64,000 nt of DNA from Hyaloraphidium curvatum SAG 235-1 (lineage: Eukaryota; Fungi; Monoblepharomycota). The first letter of the stretch is position 1. Every line of letters begins with the position of its first letter. The stretch lies in assembly GCA_025558095.1 (NCBI GenBank), contig JAIVFI010000036.1:434001-498000 (forward strand), read 5' to 3'. This document shows positions 35,626 to 44,521 of this stretch, in pieces. Below the pieces are notes generated by a model. It was given only the letters and a program-made list of their open reading frames with translations, did no database searches and was not told the DNA's origin. Position numbers and translations under genes: made by a program.

Positions 35626-36438
35626 CTACATCCTCGGCGCCGCCCCCTCCCCCGCGAACCCGTGCGCGGCCAGGAACTCCCCCATCCTCTCGATCCAGGC
35701 ATCGCACGGCCGTCCCAGGCGGAACATGCCGAACCCGTGGCCCCCCTTGGAATAAACGTGCATCTCGGCCGCGCCGCCCGCCCTGCGCCACGCCTTGTGC
35801 AGTGCGAGGCACGGTTCGAGCGAGATGGGGTCGTCCGTCGCGACGGCGGTGAGCATGGGCATGGGCGGTTCGGGCACCGGGGGCTCAGGGCCCCAAAGCG
35901 CGCCGTACACGGGGCAGACAAAGTCCACCCGCGCGGGGATGGCGAGCGAGACGGCGTGCGCGAGGTGCGCGCCGGCGGAGAAGCCGAGGATGCCTAGGTG
36001 GCGCGTCTCGGGGGCGAGGGAGCGCGCGAGTTCGAGGGACGCGAGGCCGTCCTCCACGGCAAGGGGAAAGTGCGCGGCCAGGAGCGTCCCGAGCCTTTCG
36101 ACGATTTGCTCGCGCTGCACGAGGAAGGTCGGCTCGTCGTCGGCGGTGGGGATCACGCGGTACTGCAGCACGAACGCGGCGAAACCCCGCGAGACGAGCC
36201 ACTCGGCGACGGCGTGGCCCTCGTGGTCCACGGCGAGGAAGTGGTGCGCGCCGCCGGGGCAGATGACGATGCCGGTGCCGTTGGCGGCCGCCGGATCCGG
36301 GAGATGGGGGGTCAGGAGGGGGTCGGAGACGTTGCGGCGGATGACGTGCGGGGCGGGCTCGGCGAGGTGCAGGTCGCCGGGGGGAGGGCCCGGCGGGACG
36401 GGGCGGTCCGGGTAGAGGCGGACATCGGGAAGCCGCAT
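35626..36438 (-). CDS. Alpha/beta hydrolase (bacterial esterase-like), intronless
   Basis: IVICPGGA, GFAAFVLQYR, nucleophile elbow GFSAG, DDP, EMHVYSKGGHGFG. Confidence 0.85.
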   Translation of the reverse strand: MRLPDVRLYPDRPVPPGPPPGDLHLAEPAPHVIRRNVSDPLLTPHLPDPAAANGTGIVICPGGAHHFLAVDHEGHAVAEWLVSRGFAAFVLQYRVIPTADDEPTFLVQREQIVERLGTLLAAHFPLAVEDGLASLELARSLAPETRHLGILGFSAGAHLAHAVSLAIPARVDFVCPVYGALWGPEPPVPEPPMPMLTAVATDDPISLEPCLALHKAWRRAGGAAEMHVYSKGGHGFGMFRLGRPCDAWIERMGEFLAAHGFAGEGAAPRM

Positions 36439-36694
36439 CGCTGGCGGCCTCCGGGCGCCGGGGGAGACAGTGACGGGTCAGGCAGGGTTCGGCGGCGGTC
36501 AATCAAGTCCTTTGGCTCGCCGCAGCAGAGGTGTTCCGGAAAGCGCAGGGGGAGGAATAAAACCCATCAGTTCCTACATAATGCAAAGCAACGCCCTGCT
36601 TGGCAACTAGTTGCGACGTGGATGGCTCGGCGGGCCTGTTGGCACCTCCCTTGGAGGAGTCCCGGCGGTGACCACGGCGGCGGGCGACCTCGGG

Positions 36695-37107
36695 GCGAAT
36701 GTGCAAGTCCGTCGGTCATCAGACGGGTGCGAAGCGACTTTTCCCGTTCGGGAGCATGGTTGGAAGTGGGTCGCCTCACCGATGCGCTTGCACATTCCAC
36801 GTGGATGGGACCGAAGTGGCCGACGGCCGACCGGCGCGGACCGACTCCGTAGCGAATGTGCAAGTCCGTCGGCTCCATGCCATACACGAAAGGAATCTCC
36901 TAGGTAGGGAGCGTGGTGGAAGGTGGTCGCGTTCACCGATCCACTTGCACAGCCGTTCCAGGCCTCGCCGACGTCCGCACCGGTACGCGCGGACCGACGC
37001 TTTCGCGAATGTGCAAGCACATCGAGTCCAGCCCGGGCACGAAAGAATGCTTCGGGTTGAGGGGCATGATCGGAGGTCGGTGGCACCACCGATGCTCTTG
37101 CACATGT
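36695..37107. repeat. Three tandem ~155-bp units, each containing a ~100-bp segment bounded by imperfect inverted repeats
   Basis: GCGAATGTGCAAG at 36695, 36852 and 37005, each paired with CACCGATnnnCTTGCACA about 80-100 bp downstream; linkers share GCGCGGACCGAC. Confidence 0.85.
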
Positions 37108-37332
37108 ACAGACCTCCTTGAACCTGGCATACTAAGCCGTTGGACAGCGTACCACCGGCTGCGGCGGCGCAACCTTGCGGAGGAGAGATGACGCAGAGGC
37201 TGCGCTGTACTAGCTCACGAATGAATACTTTCCGACACTTTTGAGGGGCAAGCTTTTTGGTGCGTGGTCTAGCGGCCGGCTTGCGCCTCCATCAGTTAAA
37301 GAACGCGCTGGAGCAGCACCGCGACAGAAAAC

Positions 37333-37863
37333 ATGGCTTCCCGCGGCGCACAGAGCAGTCCGGAAAACGGCAATGCTCCCCGCTATCCGCCGGCCGCGTT
37401 TTCGGGCGCCGCTGCCCCAGCAGCGGCCGCCAAGGCCGCTCTCTCGCCCCTCGCTGCCGATGCTCCCCCGCCCGCCAAAGCCTGCGAGTCAGCGCAAAAT
37501 GCCGCCATGTACTCGAAGATGGACCGCACGGCCCTACTTTCTCGTTTCACCGGGCTCGTGGAGGCTTTCGCGGCCCCTTCTCTGCCTTTCGTGGGGATGG
37601 GCAAGGTCGGCGAGGAGTTCGTTGCAATCATCGCCGACAAGGGTCGTGGGGACCTCCTCGATTTCGTCAGAGACCGCCAGCGCGATGCGAAAAGGCAGGG
37701 CCGGATCAAGGACGCGTGCGATCGCTGTGGCGCCGAAGGAAAGCTCAAGCGGTGCTCCCGGTGCGGCGTCGCGAGATACTGCGGGCCGCAGTGCCAGCGA
37801 GCTGCGTGGAAAGAGCACAAGGACAAGTGCACGCCGAGCTGGGAGGCGCAAATGAAGATCTAG
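37333..37863 (+). CDS. MYND zinc-finger protein
   Basis: CDRCGAEGKLKRCSRCGVARYCGPQCQRAAWKEHKDKC. Confidence 0.75.
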   Translation: MASRGAQSSPENGNAPRYPPAAFSGAAAPAAAAKAALSPLAADAPPPAKACESAQNAAMYSKMDRTALLSRFTGLVEAFAAPSLPFVGMGKVGEEFVAIIADKGRGDLLDFVRDRQRDAKRQGRIKDACDRCGAEGKLKRCSRCGVARYCGPQCQRAAWKEHKDKCTPSWEAQMKI

Positions 37864-38199
37864 CCGCAGGGTGTTGACGATGGCGTTTCGTGGTGCAGCG
37901 GGAAAGAGAGAAGCTCACTCGACATCTGATGGTGCCCGTTCAAATAGTCGATTCGCGAACGAATTTTTCTGTACCGCAACATAACCAGAGTACACGGGTA
38001 GAATCTGTCAATTGTCGCCCTGTGGTCAGAACGAGTGAGCGAGGAGGCGCTTCAGTTTGCTGGTTCCAACCTTCACTCCAACGGCCCGCGGACCCCAGAG
38101 ATGACCTCTCGCGAGACCCAAAAGAGCCTTGTGGACGGCAGTGCCTCGGCTCCTGCAGCCGCTGCTTCGTCCGGAGCCGGTGCCCCTCTACAACGTCCC

Positions 38200-38731
38200 C
38201 GTGCGAGTCGGCCGAGAACGTTGCCGCCTACGCCGAGCTGGACCGCGAGCGCCTCCTCTCCTGCTTTTCGGAGCACATGGAATCATTTGCCACTCAAGGC
38301 GGAAATCGGCATGGGCCTCGGGTCCAGCTTGCCTCAGATCCATTGAAACCAAAGCCCAAGGCGTGGAAGTCACCGCGGAGATGGCATCACTGTTCCGCAA
38401 TGCACTCGCGCGATCTACAGCTCGGTGGTGGAAAGCGAGCAGGCGGCCGAAGCACTCGGGAGGTACGGCGGCAACCTTCTTGAGAACCGCAAGGCGCTCC
38501 AGCGCAAGACTAGGAGACAAGGCCGGATTCAGGATGCATGCGATCGGTGCGGCGTGGAAGGGAAGCTCAAGAGGTGCTCTCGGTGCGGCGTGGGCAGGTA
38601 ACTGCGGAACCGAGTGCCAGCGCGCGGCATGGAAGGAGCACAAGGAAAAGTGCACTCCGAGCCTCGTGATGCGAATCGAGGCGGAGCTGCGAATCAGAGC
38701 GGAACAGATTTCGAAGACCAAAGATCTCTAG
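38200..38731 (+). pseudogene. Degenerate tandem copy of the MYND gene
   Basis: AYAELDRERLLSCF parallels MYSKMDRTALLSRF. QDACDRCGVEGKLKRCSRCGVGR is followed by a 1-nt insertion (aggtaactgc vs agatactgc) giving TAA at 38599-38601; CGTECQRAAWKEHKEKC continues in another frame. Confidence 0.75.
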
Positions 38732-38887
38732 GCCCACCGCGACAGAAGAAGGTTGACGATAATGGGTCTGATTTGGTGCAGAGGAACGAGCATTCCAACA
38801 TGCAGCTGTACACGTCTCTAGCTCCATCCGCGTTGTCCTACACCACGCGTAGGACGAGCACCTTCCTTACTGTCCGCGTCCCTTCCT

Positions 38888-39460
38888 TCATTCGCTCAGC
38901 GCGGGCCAAAAGGCCCTCAGGTCCGGCAGCTCCGGCGGCTCCTGCGCTCCCGTCCACAGCTCTCCCAGCGACGGCGTCGGGCTGACCGACCCCGGCATCT
39001 GCCCCAGCTGTCCGCCGTCGTCGCTGTCCGGGGAAGCGGCGCGGCCTGGCCTGTTCGGGGCCTGGAGCGCAGCGGCAAGGGCGGCACCCGGGGGCTGGCC
39101 GGTGCTGCCCGCCGGGTCCGGCTTGTCCACAATTCTGGGTGCCAAATGGGAAGGCATCGAACTCCAAGGCTGCAGGGAGCCGGGCACACCGGCGGCCGCG
39201 CCCTGTTGCGGGGGGTTGCTAAGGCCCCATTGCGGCCTGTCTGGTTCCGACATCCGCCGGGCCACGGCCGAGACACATTGCCAACAACATCCATCGACGG
39301 GTCCCGGTTGGTGCGCGCAGGTAATGGCGGGCACGGCAGGCGCGGGGTTCGCGTGCAGGGCCGAGCTCCTCGAACGCGTTGCGGGCGGGGTTGGCCCCGC
39401 TGCGGTGCCCGACGCCGCGGCCTCCGCCGGCCGGCCGCGGTCGCTGCCGCCGCCGGTCAT
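38888..39460 (-). CDS. Member H: C-x-H/CxxC and LPDLRxFW motifs, without the RVxF string
   Basis: CAHQPGPVDGCCWQCVSAVARRMSEP; GELWTGAQEPPELPDLRAFW, homologous to member F. Confidence 0.62.
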   Translation of the reverse strand: MTGGGSDRGRPAEAAASGTAAGPTPPATRSRSSALHANPAPAVPAITCAHQPGPVDGCCWQCVSAVARRMSEPDRPQWGLSNPPQQGAAAGVPGSLQPWSSMPSHLAPRIVDKPDPAGSTGQPPGAALAAALQAPNRPGRAASPDSDDGGQLGQMPGSVSPTPSLGELWTGAQEPPELPDLRAFWPALSE

Positions 39461-39877
39461 CGCCGGCGGTGGCGCCGGAGGAAATCGACGGCCTGCCAGT
39501 TGCTGGGGGTCGTGGGGGGCGGAGGAGAGGAGTGGTGTCGGCCGGCGGCAAGAGCCGCGAGCACTCTAGGTGATTCACCGTCGGGGGCGATCCAAGGAAA
39601 GTGGCAGGGAAGCGACCTCATCCATCGGCTCGTGCGCATCAGGCCTGTCCGATTCCATCGGCACGATTTTGATGCACTTCTGTGCAACGCGGCCATCGGT
39701 GCGAGGGGTTTCTAGCGGGCCGGAGGACATGCCGTCACTGCCGGTTCGGGATCGATCGGCGGGCCGAATCCAACCATCCGTGCTGCAGCAGTGTTGCAGC
39801 GATCCAGCCAACCGACCGAAGCGGACCGAAATGAGGGTTCCGTCGTTCGAAGCCAGAATGATTCGCCTTCTAGCACA

Positions 39878-41610
39878 TCACGGCGGTGACTGCGGTAACG
39901 TCGCCTGCAACGACGCGGGTTTCGGCACCGCCTGCCCCGCCTCGCCCGCAGCGTCCCTCGCCTTCTCCTCCCACACCCGCTTCAGGTGCGTCGTCAGGTG
40001 CCTGTCCGTCTGCGTCGAATGGTTCGCGAACCAATCGATCAGGAAAACCTGCACGAGGAAGACGAGGAACGGGTGCTGGTGCCTCCCGCTTTCGATCTCG
40101 TACCGGAGCCGCTTGAAGTGCTCCACGAAGCTCTGGTGCTCCCGCATGTGCTCGTCCGTGAAGGGGTACCGGTACCGCTGCATGAGCCCCTTTTCGAGGG
40201 AGAAATGGTCCCGGACGTAGGAATCCAGGAAGATCAGCACCGCCGCCACGCTGTCGGAATCGCCGGCCTTCAGGCTGGGCGCGAGGCGGTTCATGGCGTC
40301 CACGAGGGCGTGATGCTGCTCGTCGATCTCCTCGACGCCCAGCACGAACTCGTCCCGCCACTCCACGGTGCCCTCGAGCTCGCCGGTACCCTCGTGTGTG
40401 CCGTCGGTGAGAAAGGCACCGCAGCGCTCCAGGTAGACCCGTGCCGGCTGGTCCTCGGGGCACTCGGCGATGACGTCCTCGAGGAGGGGGACGGCCTTGT
40501 GGATCTCCTTCATGTGATACCCTGAAAGAAAGGAGCAGTCAGCTACGGCAATGCGGGCCTCCGGAAGCGGCCACGACACCTACATGCCACGGCCTCCTCG
40601 AACTTGGACCTCGTCAGCGCCTTGGCCGACCTCACCGACGGCTCGTCCACCTCGAAGATCTCGTACACGCTGTGGGGCTGCCTCTTCCCCTTGACCCTGA
40701 TCCGGTCCACGAACCGCGCCTGCTGCGGCGGGATCCCCAGGGAATACAGCGTCCCCTCCGAGATGAGCAGCGGCACCCCATACCGCTTGGTCATGCTCTC
40801 CAAGCGCGAGGCGAGGTTCACTGCGTCCGAAAGTACCGTGTTCTCCATGCGCCGCGAGCCGCCGACGGTCCCCACGACCGCCGTGCCCGTGTTGAGCCCA
40901 ATCCCCACGTGGACCGGCTTCCGCCCCTTCGAGAGGCGGATCTCGTTGTACTGGTCCAGGGCGCGGAGCACTGCCACGGCCCCTGCTATCCCGTCCGCGG
41001 CGCCGCCCGCCCGGGCTCCCCGGGTGCCGGGGAACAGCGCCATGATCGCGTCGCCGATGTACTTGTCCACGAACCCGCCGTGCCGCTCAATCTCGGGGAC
41101 CAGCGCACCAAAGAAGGAGTTGACGAAGCGAAAGGTGTCCTGCGGCGAGAGGCTCTCGCACAGCGGGGTGAAGTTCCGGATGTCGAGGAAGAGCACCGTG
41201 AGCTTCTCCTCCACGGCGTCGCCCAAGGAGAGGTCCCAGATGTGCTGTTTTCCGAGCAGTTCGAGGAACTGGTGCGGCACGAAGCGGTCTAGCGCGACCT
41301 CCATTCGCCGGACCTCCGCGAGTGCCGCTGCCTCGCTCTCCCGCGCCGCGGCGAGCTGCGCGCGGAGGTCGTCGACAGTTTCGGAACCAGCGGCGCCCGC
41401 AGAAGACAATTGCTCTTCGCGAGCGCCGGAGAAATCCCTCCCGACTTCGGCGGAGCCGTTGAAGGACGTTCGGGGCGCGACGACGGGCGACGGCGACGGC
41501 AGCCGCTGCCCCGCTCCGGACGGCCCGGAAATCGCGGCGGCTGCGTCAACGCCAGCATGTCCGTCGACGGACGTGGCGAAACGTCCGGAAGATCCCTCAG
41601 ACGCGGGCAT
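39878..41610 (-). CDS. Class III adenylate cyclase fused to a C-terminal bacteriohemerythrin domain; intron 40522-40583
   Basis: LFLDIRNFT, DKYIGDAIMALF, GIGLNTG, TVLSDAVNLASRLE; then LGVEEIDEQHHAL, HFSLE, HMREH, WFANHSTQTD. A GT..GCTGAC..CAG intron joins the halves in frame (EEAVAWYHMKE). Confidence 0.9.
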
Positions 41611-41774
41611 GGGGTGGCAATCCGGGGCGTGGCGTCATGCACCTCAATCCCTCCCTTGCTCCCTCGCGCCCCTGCGAAGAAGTCAAGAACCCTTGCATGC
41701 TCATTTACTCGCCCCGTAGATGTACAGCACACAACTTGGCAACCCGGCATCCAATGCGCAGGCTAATAGCATAA

Positions 41775-43808
41775 TCATTCATCATCGCCGCCCCCACCCT
41801 CGTCGTCCCCTCCTTCCCCGCCTTCTCCCCCGCCTTCTCCCCCGCCGTCATCCTCCATCGAATCGTCGACGCCGTCCCCATCGACGTCGTCGGTCTTCTG
41901 CCGCTCTTCGTTCAACTTCTCTTCGGCATCCAGGACTGCGGAGGGCAGGCGGTCAGCACGAGGCAAATGCGCAGGGGCGGCGGGTACGCACTCTTTCCAG
42001 CGTTCTTGGGGAAGAAGCTGCGGCCGAGGGTGGCGCTCGCGTCGTTCTCCCACTTGGATTTCTTGCCGGACCTGGTCCTTCCGGTGGCGGCGGAGCGGCC
42101 GCCCGCCCTCGGTTCCAAGGAACCGTGGATCAACTCCTCCAACTCCTCCGGGTCGATCACCGATTCCGACGCGGGCGTGCCGCCCATCCCAGAGTCGATG
42201 AATGGTTCCGGAGCGGGTTTGCCGCCCATCCGCGGGAGGAGCCTCGTGCTGTTGCTCCGCTGGAAGCGTCGGTAGCCGACTCCCTTGTGGCCGGGCGGCG
42301 GCGTGAAGTAGATGGCCGAAGCACCGGCGGTGGGGTTGCAGTTGCCGTTCATGACGATCTTGGTGTGCACCTCGATGTCACCCGCCGCCGTGCGGCACAC
42401 GGAGGCGCGCTGGCACGACGCCACGCCGTGGGTCAGCTTGATGGGCTTGGCCGTGAGCCTCGATCCCTCGAAGTCGCACTTCCCGAGCACTTTGGACGAC
42501 TTCCAGTAGCTGCGGGTGAAGGTGACGGGCTCCACGCAGACTTTCTCGAAGTCCGCGCCGTTGTTGCAGAACGTGCTCGGGTCGACCTCTTGGAGCTGGA
42601 TGCGGCACACCTTGTTCCACGTGCCCTGGCAGGCAGGGGTGCACAAAGCTGTGGGAGCGCAAGTGGTGAATGCGCAGGCTATGAAGGCGTGGTTGACATT
42701 GTTGTTGCACTGGAATCCAGTCACGGTGAACCTGGTGCCCGGCTGGCGGGCGCGGGATATGAGCGATCGCTTTGCAGCACGCGGAGGGAACCCAAGTGAG
42801 TGGCAAACGCACCTCGAAGAGGACCTCCCTCGTCAAAACGGTGCCGAGCACGTGCCCGCGGCTGTTAGGGGCCGCCGTGATCTCCACGATCTCAACGTTG
42901 GCAGTTGTGGGCCGGGTGTAGCCGTAGGCCTGGTCCTCGACCTGGGTGGAGCTCGCGTAGCCCTTCTCCCAGACGACGTTGCCGACGGTGTAGGTGGCTG
43001 TCTGCTGGGGCTCGGTCCCGCGCAGCTCGCGACCGCGGTACACGACGTTTCCTGCGGTCTCCGGGGTGCGCGAACGGAGGGCGACGAGGAGCGCGCGGGT
43101 CTTCCACAGCTTGGCGATGTACACGGCGTCCACCGGAGTGTTCGGGGGCTGCCACATGAAGGCATTGAAGAACGTCGAGTCCTGGATGTACTCGGAGATC
43201 TGAGAGGCCATCAAAGCGTCGATGATGAACTGCTTGCTGGCGTCGGACAAGGCCTCGAAGAGTCTCTTGGCCCTCCTGAGAATGTCGGCCTCCGTCCAAA
43301 GCCCGATCTCGGCAATGAAAGCCGCGTCTGCAACGGGTTGAGGATGATATCGGGGAAAGATGCAGGGGCGTAACCTACTCCTTCCTTGGTTCGCGGTGTA
43401 CCAGTTATTGTAGTAGGCCCTTCCGAGACCTGCGGTGGCCGCAGGGACGTTCGGGGCGCCCGTGCGGCAGTTCCCGACATTGGCAGGGCCAGACACCAGA
43501 GTCGCGTAGCAAACCCAGTTCCAAATGGTGTCCGTGCCTCCCAGCGATGGAATGGCCTTGGCAGTGGTGGGGAAGCTGCCGCACTGGGAGCGGAAGACCA
43601 GGAAGTCCCAGCTGCCGTCGGCGCGCGGCACGCAGACCCCGAGGTTGCCCAAAAACCCATGTACGTTGGCTACATTCGTGTACGCGTCGTTGAGTTTGTA
43701 CGCGCCGTTCCCGTTCCGCGGCCTCGCCGCGGCGGCGGGGCCGGCGAGCACCGCCAGCGCGAGGAGCGCGAGCAGCGCGCGCGCGCCGCGACCGGGGAAG
43801 GCGCCCAT
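41775..43808 (-). CDS. Secreted ADP-ribosyltransferase (R-S-E/exoenzyme-like) domain protein with Cys-rich and acidic C-terminus, multi-exon
   Basis: Signal ALLALLALAVLAGPAAA; VYRG, GYASST, REVLFE|PGTRFTV across intron 42743-42812; final exon DAEEKLNEE..DDE*. Confidence 0.72.
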
Positions 43809-44521
43809 GGCTTCGGAGCGTCGACCGAGGGGAGCCACGGGTCTCGAATGCACGCCGAGCCTGGCGCGGAGCCCCCCGTCCGCGATACACGCGCTTGTCA
43901 ACGGATCGGGGCCGGCGTTGCCGCTGGACCCATCTAAGGCCCACCGGCCATCCCCATCCGGTGCCATCCCTTCCGAACCGGCCAGGCTGGGCCCGATCTC
44001 TAGGACTCCTCGACGACCTTGAAGCAAATGTGTAAACCTGCCCCGGAATGAATCGCGGTTGGGCACGATTCTCTGGAAGCACGTCCCGGACGGTGCTGCT
44101 GCGTTTGGACCCGTTGAACGCCCGCCACCTGGATGCGGTGCCATCCCCGTCCGATCCGACGATGCAGGTGCTTCAATTTGCTCTCGAGGATGTCCGGCAT
44201 CGGACATAGATGGCACGATGATGCGTGGCCGGGATTGACTACGGGAGACTCCACGAGGGGGATTTGAGGCAGGCCGGAAGAAGACCTTCCCACCCACCCA
44301 GTCTTGCCTTGGTCCGAGCGCTCGATCGGATCACCTTGGACTAGCAAAGAATGTGAGAGGCTTGGAGAAACTGCTCGGATTCAAAGGGCCAGGATCGGGC
44401 GGGATCGGAGCATCGGAGGCGGATGAACTCATCCATGGCGTGCACGCGTTGCCTCATCTATGGCCCAACTCAGGGCTCACGCCCAACACTCCTGCAACCG
44501 AATCGGATTCCCGCACCGAGA

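Noticed and set aside
36695-37107. Possible CRISPR array
   Set aside because: Only three units, 'spacers' homologous to each other, ~155-bp period, no cas genes, eukaryotic context.
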